A stretch of 61,855 nucleotides of DNA, filler included, from Stramenopiles sp. TOSAG23-3 (taxonomy: Eukaryota), in NCBI GenBank assembly GCA_900128585.1. It is 25 parts of 25 records of this genome, joined end to end, with 100 filler letters (N's around TTAATTAATTAA, not from the genome) between each part and the next. Parts side by side here need not be neighbours in the genome. Positions count along the whole stretch, not along the records: positions 19,926 to 22,309 come from LT644851.1; positions 22,410 to 24,792 come from LT644852.1; positions 24,893 to 27,274 come from LT644853.1; positions 27,375 to 29,754 come from LT644854.1; positions 29,855 to 32,232 come from LT644855.1; positions 32,333 to 34,709 come from LT644856.1; 19 more parts are not named here. One strand, given 5' to 3'. A program made the position numbers and the translations under genes. Shown here piece after piece: positions 22,309 to 33,341 of the stretch; the stretch's first letter is position 1, and each line of letters begins with the position of its first letter. Below the pieces are notes generated by a model. That model saw nothing but the letters and a program-made list of their open reading frames with translations. It was not told the DNA's origin and made no database searches.

Positions 22309-22655
22309 GNNNNNNNNNNNNNNNNNNNNNNNNNNNNNNNNNNNNNNNNNNNNTTAATTAATTAANNNNNNNNNNNNNNNNNNNNNNNNNNNNNNNNNNN
22401 NNNNNNNNNGAATATACACACAGCATTAAACAAGTTGGTAAAAAATGTGAAAAAAAGGTGTGTGCACGCCGAGAGGTACCCCCCCCCCCTGTGCACTAAT
22501 CGTGCAAAGTACAATATGCCGATGTGTTATACTTCCTATCAAAAATCATTAGAATATAAAACGAATAAAATGGAATGCATAATCATCATGTTTCTCTTCC
22601 AAAAAGTTTAAAATGCAAATGCAGTTAAATTGGTCTTATATCGAATAAATACTAC

Positions 22656-23975
22656 ATGATGATCGACCCTTCTTCTTCTTCGGGGGAGGAGGAGGATGAG
22701 TTTTGTCGTCATCATCTATTCTTTCGCTCAGTGCGGCCTTGTGCATTTCATTTCGCCGATTCAGAATTTATAAGCGCGTACGATATTTTCATACCAAAAG
22801 CTGCACTGTTCATTGCGGGAATGACTTCCCTTTCAGATAGTGAACGCGTATCTCGCAATCATAACCCAGACAGTCGGCGCGGGAGCTGGACAGCTTTGAA
22901 GTGCTTTCTCAAAGACACGAAACGCAGGACAGTCCAAAAAGTGGTTAGTCTTTCGAACAACTACGCATCTGAACTTGCAACAGGCGTCGAAGAGAAAGAT
23001 TGGCAAGAGCAGAAAAATAATTTTAAAGAATTTTCTACTGCAGTTACAGAGATTAGAAAAGAACTCGTTTCTGTTCAGATTGCGGTAGCAAAGTTATCAC
23101 TAGCGTTTTCCCAGCTCACAGAATCTTTGACAAAAATACCAGAACCAGATTCGTATCACCATCTTGAAGCCATTCAAAAGCAAAATTTGGTCTCTTCCTC
23201 TCGCCAAAACGGGGAGAAGTTGTCTGAAATTGTGGAAAATGCACGACTAGAATTGAAAAAGAAAATAGACTTTCTACAACAGGTGAAATACATAGGAAAA
23301 CAGAGAGATCAATTTTTTACGGACCTTCTTTCCTATGAGCGTCGGTTAAATACCTTTCAAAGCAAGGGGGATAACAAAAATGTTGAAAAGTTTTCGGAAA
23401 AGAAAAGGAAAGCGAAAAAATTATTAATAAGAAAAGATTTCGAAGCACGACAGCAATTTACGAATATCCAAAACCAAAGAGGTGAATACATTCAATCGGA
23501 AATAGGAGATGTATTTCGGGCAGCCAGTAAATACTTTGCTGAGATGGCCGATGCTTGTAGTTCCGGCCTAGATCTAAAGAAGACACGAGTTATGACTGAA
23601 GGAAAGAAAGTGGCAACAGATAAAACTGATGGCCCTAAACATCCTGTACAAAGCAAGCCCAAAATATTTTGTGTTGCCCCAACCCCACTTGTCACTTCTG
23701 AGGATACCGCCATAACAAAAAATACTAATTATCCGTTGAGAGCACATCCAGCGGATGGAGAAAGTAGTGAGCCGCTGGAAAATTGTATTCGGGTTGGTAG
23801 TATTGTGGTAGGTATACATGAATTTAAGCCGCAGGAGGAAGATGAGCTTGGTTTTAAAGCTGGGGAAAAATTAAAAGTGATTCAAATTGTTGGTCCAGGG
23901 TGGTTATTCACAGAAAATGGAAATGGAAAGGTTGGCATGGTGCCAGACACGTATGTAAGGTGTCATGGCGATTGA
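22656..23975 (+). CDS. BAR-like coiled coil plus C-terminal SH3 protein (alternative start at 22821)
   Basis: Long helical region; SH3 VGIHEFKPQEEDELGFKAGEKLKVI...GW...GMVPDTYV. Confidence 0.85.
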   Translation: MMIDPSSSSGEEEDEFCRHHLFFRSVRPCAFHFADSEFISAYDIFIPKAALFIAGMTSLSDSERVSRNHNPDSRRGSWTALKCFLKDTKRRTVQKVVSLSNNYASELATGVEEKDWQEQKNNFKEFSTAVTEIRKELVSVQIAVAKLSLAFSQLTESLTKIPEPDSYHHLEAIQKQNLVSSSRQNGEKLSEIVENARLELKKKIDFLQQVKYIGKQRDQFFTDLLSYERRLNTFQSKGDNKNVEKFSEKKRKAKKLLIRKDFEARQQFTNIQNQRGEYIQSEIGDVFRAASKYFAEMADACSSGLDLKKTRVMTEGKKVATDKTDGPKHPVQSKPKIFCVAPTPLVTSEDTAITKNTNYPLRAHPADGESSEPLENCIRVGSIVVGIHEFKPQEEDELGFKAGEKLKVIQIVGPGWLFTENGNGKVGMVPDTYVRCHGD

Positions 23976-24119
23976 GCGGTTCATACTCTTTAGTAATGCA
24001 TCCACAATCCCCGGAAGGCACACATAACTCATTCAAGTAATTTAAGTGGAGAGACATTCGATCTTTTCAATTTTGCCCAAACGCGTTTATTTTGTTTTTA
24101 TCTTGAAGTACCATAGTAT

Positions 24120-24792
24120 GTTCACCCCCGGAAGAGATTGCTGATACAATACCGGCTCTCAAACATGTTCCGTCCCATCCGAAATCGACTTCTTCGTCCG
24201 ATGTCTCACTCGGAACTACATCAGAACTTGTGTAATTCGATGAACAGCGGCTTAAAAGTCGTTAAGGTGTACGTTTTCTGACCAAGAAAACATTCAAGGG
24301 GTGTTCAGCAATGGGCTGGGGCCGTGGAGGAGTGTCGATCGGATTAATAGTCAAAACCGTCCTCGAAGGGCTATGTTGCGGTGATGTGTGTGCAATCTCA
24401 GGTGCTGTTGTTGTGTTGTTTGTCTCTGTGAAAATTAAAAACAAAAAATTGGCTGTTATTTAAAAACAAGAAAATTGGCTGTTATTTAAGTAATTAAATT
24501 TAGCGTCCTCATACCCTAATGCTAACTTGGTTCTGTAGTTTTGTTTCATTGTTGGTTGTCAATCACCGAGGGGATGATATAATTTCCAATGAACGATCTG
24601 ATTCCATTTGTCCATTAACGTCCTCATCCGATATCTCACTCAGAGATAAATCAATCCTTGTACGATCTTCCAAGAGGCGGCTTAATTGTTTTTGAGGTGC
24701 TCGTTGTCTGTCCTGTAAATCGGTCAAGGGGTTGTTATCTGTGGGTTGAGATGTCGGGGGAGGGTCGTTTGGCTGTTATTTAAAGTAATTAA
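24120..24792 (-). mobile_element. Dispersed repeat family: two decayed coding-like copies separated by an intron-like module cluster
   Basis: Minus-strand PNDPP...RQRAPQKQLSRLLEDRTRIDLSLSEISDEDV and ...RKRTP*RLLSRC...SETSDEEVD; modules at about 24441-24498 and 24769-24792. Confidence 0.75.
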
Positions 24793-25062
24793 NNNNNNNN
24801 NNNNNNNNNNNNNNNNNNNNNNNNNNNNNNNNNNNNTTAATTAATTAANNNNNNNNNNNNNNNNNNNNNNNNNNNNNNNNNNNNNNNNNNNNAATAATAA
24901 TATTAGACTAATAATAATAATTATAAAAATGAGAAGAAGAAGGTAATAAGAAGGAGGAGGAGGGAAGAAAGGAAGGGCCAATGACAAATAATATACCAAC
25001 ACTAATTGCCGTGATTATTATAAAGAACATGTTATCATTTACACTTGGTGTTACCTTCAACA

Positions 25063-27045
25063 TTACCCAAGCAATTCGTGGGCTACCCACTTTCCCACAC
25101 TTCTCTGTGCCCGTGAGGGGCGGAGACGGAATCGATCAACAGGTCTTCGAATGCAATTTAAAAACCCCGGAGGACGTAGTTGTGCGCCGGCATCTTTCAG
25201 AATTTTATAAATCTCTTTTGCCCGGGATTCATATCCAGTACCACGCTCAATAACAAGATTCTCCTTTGCTCTCCACATTGGTGTCTTGCGTGCATTGTAG
25301 TACACATGGCCGTAAACATTTAAATTTACACCACGCTCAATTAGCAATTGTAGAACTTCTGGTTTCATATCATCAACCGCTGTGTACGCAAGTTTAGGAA
25401 TGTTCGCATAACACTTTGTCAACTTACGAGTCTTTTTATCTGTTTGGAAACCTGCAAAGTCAATCGATTTTAGATTTACATCCGCACCGCGGTCGATCAG
25501 TAGTTCCATCATCTTTGTATTCCCTTTTTGCATATGATACAAAAGTGGATACTGACCAGAAGGGTCTACAAAGTTAGGATCGGCGCCAAAATCAAGAAGG
25601 AGTCGAGTGAGCATTGGTGTCGGCGGACCTTGTAGTGGGTATTTTCCTTCCAAATTTTCGGCAACGTGACAAAGCGCATTTGGATTTGCACCATGCTTAA
25701 GAAGCAGTTTAACACATTCAAAATGATTCTTTTGACGTTCCCCAAGGGGAAAGTGTGTCACGGGAATATCTTTTGACGAACTAATTTTAAACTTTTCAAA
25801 ATTAATATTTGAAAAACTACAGTCGTAATCGAGTTTGAGCATGACACACCCCATGCTATCTACGATATAGTTTGATAGATAGTTGTACAAAAGATTATCG
25901 CCATGGCCAGTTTCCACCACTTTTTCGCGCGGAGTTTCCCACTTTTTTTCCCCTTTAACTAAGATTTTTTCCAGGAATAAATTGCCACACTTTTGATTAG
26001 GATCTGCACCATGCGCAAGGAGATACTGAAGGAGTTCCAGCTTTAATGCCCCATCATCTTCACTCAAACTGTAGGCGTTGAAAGAAACTTCGTCGTTTAA
26101 CAAAATATGTTCCAATGCAGTATTAAATGTGATTGTTTGAAATCTTCCAAGAAAGAAAATACTAACAGGATGACTGATAGGTACTTTGGCCTCCTCTATC
26201 AGAATGCGCGTGCATTCTACGTTCAAAGTATCAATTGCTTTGGCAAGCGGTGTTGGCACAAATCCTTTTCCTGATTTATCTACAATGTCGTCAGTTGACC
26301 AAGTCGATAATTTAAACAGTGCGTCTTTATTGATGCTGACAAGTAGGCGGAGCGTTTCAGCTTCCTTCTTAACTTCTTTGTCGCCAATGCTCATAAATCC
26401 ATATTCAGCAATTTTATGGATCCTTGGTGGGATCGCGAGGTGATAAAGACTGTAACCTTCTCCCTCTTTGCCCCCTGCACTAAACACAGCATGGCTGCCC
26501 TCTGGGTCAAAGCAACGCTGTAGTATATTATGAAAATTAACTCGCAGACGATTTCGTACATCCGCTGGGACTATCTGTATTACATCAGCTTTAAAATAAC
26601 GCATATTATTAAACCATCCAAAAAGCATTGCATGAACAGCAGTCGGTTTGAAATTTTCAAACGATGCCTTGTCGTTTTTGTTAAAAGTTAAAAACCTAGT
26701 TTGACAAAGTGGCAAGTCCCAATGTCTGGGTCCGGGTATTGTTATTTCAGGATCAATAAAGATTTTTGTTGGGCAAACTCCTTTGTTTAACAAGTCGTTA
26801 AAGCAATCTAATAAGCGCTGGATATCCTTCTCTGACTTAATAGGGATGTAGGCACCATCAATCGGGTATTGGAGAATGCCGTGTTTTGGTTGTTCGCTCC
26901 TCCGCAAAGAAGTGCCCGTCCAATGCGCGCACAGACACAACATTTGTTCTTCCAACGTACCCTTTTGAAACAGTTTTCCATGGCAATTTTTAAAAAGAAT
27001 GTCGATCCCAGACGTGGCTGCTTCGTATGATGTGGAGGAGGACAT
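25063..27045 (-). CDS. Ankyrin-repeat protein
   Basis: TPLAKAI, LLAHGADPN, LLLKHGANPN, LLLDFGADPN, LIDRGADVN, LIERGVNLN. Confidence 0.9.
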   Translation of the reverse strand: MSSSTSYEAATSGIDILFKNCHGKLFQKGTLEEQMLCLCAHWTGTSLRRSEQPKHGILQYPIDGAYIPIKSEKDIQRLLDCFNDLLNKGVCPTKIFIDPEITIPGPRHWDLPLCQTRFLTFNKNDKASFENFKPTAVHAMLFGWFNNMRYFKADVIQIVPADVRNRLRVNFHNILQRCFDPEGSHAVFSAGGKEGEGYSLYHLAIPPRIHKIAEYGFMSIGDKEVKKEAETLRLLVSINKDALFKLSTWSTDDIVDKSGKGFVPTPLAKAIDTLNVECTRILIEEAKVPISHPVSIFFLGRFQTITFNTALEHILLNDEVSFNAYSLSEDDGALKLELLQYLLAHGADPNQKCGNLFLEKILVKGEKKWETPREKVVETGHGDNLLYNYLSNYIVDSMGCVMLKLDYDCSFSNINFEKFKISSSKDIPVTHFPLGERQKNHFECVKLLLKHGANPNALCHVAENLEGKYPLQGPPTPMLTRLLLDFGADPNFVDPSGQYPLLYHMQKGNTKMMELLIDRGADVNLKSIDFAGFQTDKKTRKLTKCYANIPKLAYTAVDDMKPEVLQLLIERGVNLNVYGHVYYNARKTPMWRAKENLVIERGTGYESRAKEIYKILKDAGAQLRPPGFLNCIRRPVDRFRLRPSRAQRSVGKWVAHELLG

Positions 27046-28072
27046 GCTTATATATATACGTATCTACGGAGTATATAATTTGCCTTCTAGAAACTAAAAT
27101 TACTACGGCCGTCTTGAGCTCGTTTGGCTCTGCTTGTGTGTTTCCCACATTGTTGTGTATGGGTAACTGTCGTGGGGTTGCCCCTGCCCCCAGGTGTGCC
27201 GTAGCGTGGTTAGATGGCCTTTTTTTTTGTCGTTTTTGTTGTTTTTGTTTTGGGGTGAACCCCCCCCCCCCCCANNNNNNNNNNNNNNNNNNNNNNNNNN
27301 NNNNNNNNNNNNNNNNNNTTAATTAATTAANNNNNNNNNNNNNNNNNNNNNNNNNNNNNNNNNNNNNNNNNNNNATTTCTTAAACTATTATTACTCTCAC
27401 ACTTACCAGCCCACGCAAGAATAAACAACCATTTGTTGCACTTTTTAATTGAATAATCTCAGTTACTCCTCTTCTTTTTTATACCACAAACGCTTCACTC
27501 TACTCAAACGAAAGCTTCACGCGACAAAGAAAACGGAGAATTAAGAATTCAGAATTCAACGATTATTCAACAACGAGAGTAATGACTAAAAATAATAATA
27601 TCGACTAAAACGAGTAATCACCTCGTACGTTGATATTAAATAATCTGTATGCTATATGATGTATGAAATCAGAGTCGCGTAACGATAAAAAAATTACCCG
27701 TCATAATAAAGAAATGCATTTTTTGACATACAACACAAAACACATTTCAATACTATTTCTATATTCCTTTCTACACTTATACGCATCCATATTATTTACC
27801 TGTATTTTTTATCAGTGAATTTCATTACAATTTTTAAAAGCTAAAAATTATTATAGGATCATCAAGAAATTTTATCTTGTAGTTAATTAATTCATTTACA
27901 ATACAAAATATTTCCTATAAATGATAAGGCATTTTCATTTTCGAAGGGTAAACTTGAATTTTTTTATATGATATAGAAAACATACGGAAACATTACTAGT
28001 TTAGAATATCCACCATGGAGAGCACTTTTGACAATTATTTTGCCTTCGGGTTTAATTTATTATATATTTCAA

Positions 28073-29665
28073 TTACTTAATCTTGTCGCTGGTACAAAAG
28101 ACAGCCAGCGAGGCAAACGCAAAGTACAACCCAGACAAGACGAACAGGACGACGTACCCGTTGCAGGAACTTCCGGGGCCTGCGTGGCAGGGTTCGATCC
28201 AGGTCGTGGTGTAACCCGTATTGAAATGGTCCAGGAGGTAGCCGCCTACTGGCGCGGCAACGGTGAGCGGTAGGACCAGCGCTAGGTTCCAAATTCCTAA
28301 GTCCTTGGCCGCCTCGTCTACGCTAGGGGCGGCATCCAAGGCCAGGGCGTAGTCTATGGAGAGCAGGGCGCCATACCCGATACCGAAAATTGCACCCAGC
28401 CACGGAGAAAGCGCCCACGTGCGCTGAAAGGCAAACACTAAACAGATGGTGAACATGATCGCCGTCGAGCCGTACACGATGATTTTTCGCCTTCCGCCGA
28501 AGGAATCGGACAGGTAGCCCGAGACGGTGGCGCTAAGGATCGAGCAAGCGATGAGGGGGGCAAGCACCACGTTCAGAGCAAACTTGGGCTCCTTGCCTTT
28601 CGGCAAATCTATGGTGCAAGCAATGTACCACAGTAAAAATTCCTGCACGGTGTATATTCCCATTTGCACCAAGAACCGGGTCAACACGACGAGAAGAAAA
28701 TCTTTGTCCTTCAAAGGCTCTAAAAATGCGACTAACGACTGGAACACATATGCTGATTTGTGCTTGGCAGCTTGAAAGGGGTTCGAAATCTCCAAGGACG
28801 GGGGAGAGGACGAGCGCCGGTTTGGCTCTGCCTCTGCGGGCACCCCCTCCTCGTCGTTCTCCAGGCTGAGGAGCGGCTGGGGCAGGGCGGTCGTGTCGCG
28901 GTCGGACAGAACCCATTCACCCTTCTCGGGGAGGACGTACCAAGAGAACGCCAAGCAGGCAAACATCAAGATGTGTATGATGATAATGTACACGGTGTCG
29001 TTCACTGGGAACGCGCCCTGCTTCCCCACCAGCAGGTTCATGGCGGCGCCGCAAAGGTTGCCCATCGCGGTCGCCGAGCCCAACGCACCGCTGATAAGGC
29101 CGCGCTGGGAGTCCGGGACGACGTCGGCCACGACGCCGTTGTACGCAGACACAGATATTGAAAAAAACATTTGCACGACTGCGAACGAAATGAAAACAAT
29201 CGTCTTGTTGCCGAAGGGGATCCCCCACACGCTTACCGCTACCCCTAGGAAGCCCAGCAGCACGTACGGGTACCGTCTCCCCCAGCGGGTCTTGGTCTTG
29301 TCGGACAGCAGACCAGCCGTGGGGGCCACGAACATGGATACGAGCGCGCCGTACGCGTACAAGGACCCCAACGTCCCGCCCGAGTTCGAGTGCGCCTTCG
29401 GGCAGGAGTCTTGCCCCGCCGAAAACATGGGGAGCCCCGGGATTTCTAGAATAATGAACGAGTATATCCACAGGCCCAGCCCGAACCACGTTGCGCACAA
29501 AGCGACAATTTGCAGGGGGCTTAGTTTGTTCGCAGCCCCCGTTCCTTGCTCGTCGTTGCCGCTCTTCTTTCCGTTTTTCCCATCATCTGAAGATGACACC
29601 TCCCGAAGCGGCGCGTAAGAATTCACCTGCCCACTAGAACTCATAAGCGACGTGTGCTCGTTCAT
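28073..29665 (-). CDS. MFS transporter (GPH/sugar-cation symporter-like)
   Basis: GLLSDKTKTRWGRRYPY, ADVVPDSQRGLISG, GYLSDSFGGRRK, AAKDLGIWN; about 12 TM. Confidence 0.9.
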   Translation of the reverse strand: MNEHTSLMSSSGQVNSYAPLREVSSSDDGKNGKKSGNDEQGTGAANKLSPLQIVALCATWFGLGLWIYSFIILEIPGLPMFSAGQDSCPKAHSNSGGTLGSLYAYGALVSMFVAPTAGLLSDKTKTRWGRRYPYVLLGFLGVAVSVWGIPFGNKTIVFISFAVVQMFFSISVSAYNGVVADVVPDSQRGLISGALGSATAMGNLCGAAMNLLVGKQGAFPVNDTVYIIIIHILMFACLAFSWYVLPEKGEWVLSDRDTTALPQPLLSLENDEEGVPAEAEPNRRSSSPPSLEISNPFQAAKHKSAYVFQSLVAFLEPLKDKDFLLVVLTRFLVQMGIYTVQEFLLWYIACTIDLPKGKEPKFALNVVLAPLIACSILSATVSGYLSDSFGGRRKIIVYGSTAIMFTICLVFAFQRTWALSPWLGAIFGIGYGALLSIDYALALDAAPSVDEAAKDLGIWNLALVLPLTVAAPVGGYLLDHFNTGYTTTWIEPCHAGPGSSCNGYVVLFVLSGLYFAFASLAVFCTSDKIK

Positions 29666-29911
29666 GCAGGACTACGAACTGACTAGTAAAGGCTGGACGT
29701 CCGTCAAAACCGAAAGCAAGACACACCCGCGTACACAAGCCAACAATTTGTAGCNNNNNNNNNNNNNNNNNNNNNNNNNNNNNNNNNNNNNNNNNNNNTT
29801 AATTAATTAANNNNNNNNNNNNNNNNNNNNNNNNNNNNNNNNNNNNNNNNNNNNATTTTGAGGTTTATTTATGTTACACCATTTCTATTCCGTGCCGAGG
29901 GCAGCAGCGCA

Positions 29912-31828
29912 TTACTCAAGGCAACGCCCATTTTGAAACTTGCAAGCCTCTGAATTGCATTCTGGTAAACAGATTTGGTAGCTTTCCACCCAATAATCCA
30001 CACAGTAAGGGGAACATTGTCGTTTGCATCCTGCCCCCGATTCGGCAGAGACAGAGTCGCGAATAGTTGGTGGCACGAAGCGTATCCATTCCGAAACGTT
30101 GCACAATGGGTTGCCTTCTAGAAGCAAATATTTTAACGATTGCAGATCTCCCAATTCACTTGGTAGGGTCGTCAGGCTGTTGTTTCGCAAATCAAGTAAT
30201 GTCAACCGTTCTAGTTTGCCAAGTTGAGGCGGTATCTTTGAAATGTCCTTGTTATTATTCAGCCGGAGAACATCTAGTGCAACCATATTTCCCATATTGT
30301 CTGGAATAACACGGACGTTGTTACCGTCCAAAGCCAAGTGCCTAAGTGGTGTATTCCCTATTTCAGATGGGATAGAGGTGAAGCTGTTATTGCTTATGAA
30401 AAGGTAACCCAAATTGGCTGCGTGTTCTAGCCCTGAAGGTAACGTAGACAACATATTGTTTGATGCATCAAATTCATACAGGCTCTGGACATCCCAAATA
30501 TCATCTGGAAGGTGCACTATCTGATTGCTCGAGACAAACAATTTAGTCAGGTACTTCATTCTTGAAAACCCCTTTGGCAGTTCATATAGATGGTTATGAC
30601 TCAAATCTAAAACAGTTAATTGCTTGTAAGTCTCTACAAATCTGCCAAACAACCGACGCAGCGGACCGTCCTTTACCGTCATTTTACGAAGGGATCCCAT
30701 CGCCCTGATGCTACTTGGAACCTCCGTCCAATTGTGTTTTTCGATATATAACACTGCGCAGTTGCATGTCGGGTGGAGTACACTATTACAAAATGGCACC
30801 TTTACAACGCAACCGTCCCACGCTATACCTTCACATTGCACTGTGGCGTGTATTCCCCAGTGACCGATTGCCAACGCCAAAAAGAAAAGACCAAACAACG
30901 ATTTTATCGTGACGAGCGCAATCCGAAATTTCCGAGGGACCAACCTGTCCTGCTTTTTCGCGCGTCTGTTCATTCGCATGAGACTGTGCTTTCTTGCTTT
31001 CGAACGTTTTCCTGGATCGGCCGTCCTTGTAACATAATCTGCTTCGCTCCTGTAACGAACTATCTCTTCAAAAATATCGTCTACTTTAGCAAGAATACAA
31101 ATGCTTGGCAGTGCCACTATATTAAGCATTTCGTAAATGCTGATCGGGACGCTATATTGAAAAACTATTATGAGCAGTGGGATCGTCGTAAAAACAAAGT
31201 CCATCACCGTATCGATTGTAACTTGCCTGTTCCTGCGTTTTGGCCGATTCTTTTGTGACATGACCCATGCAGTGTGGAACGCGTCTATGCTTAGCACAAA
31301 TGCCATTGGAATTGTTACTTCCACAGGCAAGGAGCACAAAAAAAATGAGATTAAATTGTTGGACTGGACGATGGATTCAAACACTTCCAGCGAATACAGT
31401 TTCAGTAGAAAATACTTTCCGTCCATTTTCCAATGGGAGTACATTATTTCAATTTTTTCTCGCGTTGATCGTGTTTCCAGTTGTTTTCTCTCTAAACCTT
31501 TGGCGAGATGTTTCGTAAAGACAATCGCCATTTGTCTCCATCGCGCGACGCAGACGGCAAAAAGCAGCATGTATAGTCCGGCAAACGTAGTGAACAGCCA
31601 AATCCAAGGCCTGTGCCAATATGTAAATTTGTTTGTGTACTGGTAAACTACATATAGAAGGAGGCCCGCATTTATGAGGATAAAAACAAGAAGGCATAAA
31701 CCATCGTACCCAACACTGTCGCAAAATGCATGCCTGTGAGGCAATGTTCGAAGCGTCTTTACCTCTAGGACAACCTTTGACGACTCCACAGATGTTTTCG
31801 GCGCGTTGCTCTCATCCGTGCCCTTCAT
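29912..31828 (-). CDS. Multi-pass membrane protein plus Cys-capped leucine-rich repeats and a C-terminal LNR-like Cys module
   Basis: About 7 hydrophobic segments; LxxLxLxxNxLxxLP repeats; GNPLC cap; CSPYC...CLPECNSEACKFQNGRC. Confidence 0.88.
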   Translation of the reverse strand: MKGTDESNAPKTSVESSKVVLEVKTLRTLPHRHAFCDSVGYDGLCLLVFILINAGLLLYVVYQYTNKFTYWHRPWIWLFTTFAGLYMLLFAVCVARWRQMAIVFTKHLAKGLERKQLETRSTREKIEIMYSHWKMDGKYFLLKLYSLEVFESIVQSNNLISFFLCSLPVEVTIPMAFVLSIDAFHTAWVMSQKNRPKRRNRQVTIDTVMDFVFTTIPLLIIVFQYSVPISIYEMLNIVALPSICILAKVDDIFEEIVRYRSEADYVTRTADPGKRSKARKHSLMRMNRRAKKQDRLVPRKFRIALVTIKSLFGLFFLALAIGHWGIHATVQCEGIAWDGCVVKVPFCNSVLHPTCNCAVLYIEKHNWTEVPSSIRAMGSLRKMTVKDGPLRRLFGRFVETYKQLTVLDLSHNHLYELPKGFSRMKYLTKLFVSSNQIVHLPDDIWDVQSLYEFDASNNMLSTLPSGLEHAANLGYLFISNNSFTSIPSEIGNTPLRHLALDGNNVRVIPDNMGNMVALDVLRLNNNKDISKIPPQLGKLERLTLLDLRNNSLTTLPSELGDLQSLKYLLLEGNPLCNVSEWIRFVPPTIRDSVSAESGAGCKRQCSPYCVDYWVESYQICLPECNSEACKFQNGRCLE

Positions 31829-32574
31829 CGGGGCACCCCCAGCTCCTTCAATACCCGTATTCGGTGTTGGCACACGTGTCCCAGTAAATACCCCCACGCG
31901 AAATTACCATTTGCCAACAGGTTTCGTATTGCGATTCAATTATTGAAAATGGAATTACCGTGCACATGATTTTAATGAATGCAACGGAATGTATATATAG
32001 AGAGAGAAAAGAAAAATGCAAACACAAACAAAAAATATGAGAAGAAAATAACTAATAATATCGTCATCAGAATAAAAAGAGAAGAAGAAAAAGAAGAAAG
32101 AAGAAAGAAGAAAGAAGAAAGAAGAAAGAAGAAAGAAGAAAGAAGAAAGAAAGAAGAAGAAAAGATGGTTATAGTAAATATTATAAATATAAATATAAAA
32201 GGGCACAGCATGAAGAAAGAAAACAAATAACCNNNNNNNNNNNNNNNNNNNNNNNNNNNNNNNNNNNNNNNNNNNNTTAATTAATTAANNNNNNNNNNNN
32301 NNNNNNNNNNNNNNNNNNNNNNNNNNNNNNNNCAACAAAATAAGCACGTCCAGCATAATTATGCCCAGCGTGGTGGCAGTTACGGGCGGGATCAAGCCAT
32401 TTGTGACCGTCCAAGTGGTTGCCAGCGGAAGCGCGAAGATAGGCATCTGCAACATGGACCATGCGAACGCAATGGGCGGAACGGTGACTGTCGGGATCAT
32501 TGTCCATTAGAAGCGAGAAAGATTTGTGATCAAATCGGTATGAGAAAATTAATTAAAAAAAAGTCCCAAAAAGT

Positions 32575-33159
32575 ATGGTGATTATGTGGATGTGTTTATG
32601 CATTTTCCTTTTGCTAATAGAATTTCTTTCTATGTTAAACACTGTTGAGCTTGTAGTGTTTTGGCACGATGAGGGTGTAAAACGAATGGCAGGCTTTGCA
32701 GGGACATATATAAAGATTTATAATTACAAAAATGGTGCTGGAAAAGAATTTGCTGGGAACCTGAAATTGCCTAATTCTGCCGAAAACCTTAGTACTTATG
32801 AACGTTTCGAAATAGATAAGGCATTTCTTGTTCCCTTTTGGGTAATTGGTGGTTTTCAATTCTTACATTTATTATATGCATGTACCATTTCGATCGAATT
32901 GGTATGTAATAATAAGGCTGGGCCAATTGGGGCTGGGCTTAAACCAGAGCAAGAAGGTCTCGAAGTTACAGAATCGTCGTCAAAAAACGTACCAGCAATA
33001 GCAACAATACCTGGAGATTTTGCAAATCTGGCATTTGGAACATTATTCGGACAACAAAATGCAAAAGATAATATCAATATTGGTGCAAAAAACATGGAAT
33101 TTTATCGCAAAAACTTTAAATACCGTACTTGTAATATTTACCTATATACATTGGTATAG
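32575..33159 (+). CDS. Hypothetical membrane protein
   Basis: 194-aa ORF with N-terminal and internal hydrophobic helices. Confidence 0.5.
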   Translation: MVIMWMCLCIFLLLIEFLSMLNTVELVVFWHDEGVKRMAGFAGTYIKIYNYKNGAGKEFAGNLKLPNSAENLSTYERFEIDKAFLVPFWVIGGFQFLHLLYACTISIELVCNNKAGPIGAGLKPEQEGLEVTESSSKNVPAIATIPGDFANLAFGTLFGQQNAKDNINIGAKNMEFYRKNFKYRTCNIYLYTLV

Positions 33160-33341
33160 TGAAAATAAACTAAACCATTTTTTTGTGAAATAAAAAAACA
33201 CTTCTATGCTAATTCTATGTATTAGTTAAAAATCACCCTTATGGTGTGTTCCTGTACTGATATTTCCTATTTTTTAGGTCTGATATATAAACCAACATTT
33301 CACCGATTGTGAAAAGAACAATATAATATGCGTAGTGTCCG

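Noticed and set aside
24262-24264. TAA read as Gln (alternative genetic code)
   Set aside because: Conserved genes end normally at TAA, TAG and TGA with no internal stops; this is a C-to-T decay in a repeat copy
31955-32230. Low-complexity F/S/L or K/E/R ORFs (also 923-1153, 39435-39707)
   Set aside because: Translations of purine-rich microsatellite or AT-rich intergenic DNA
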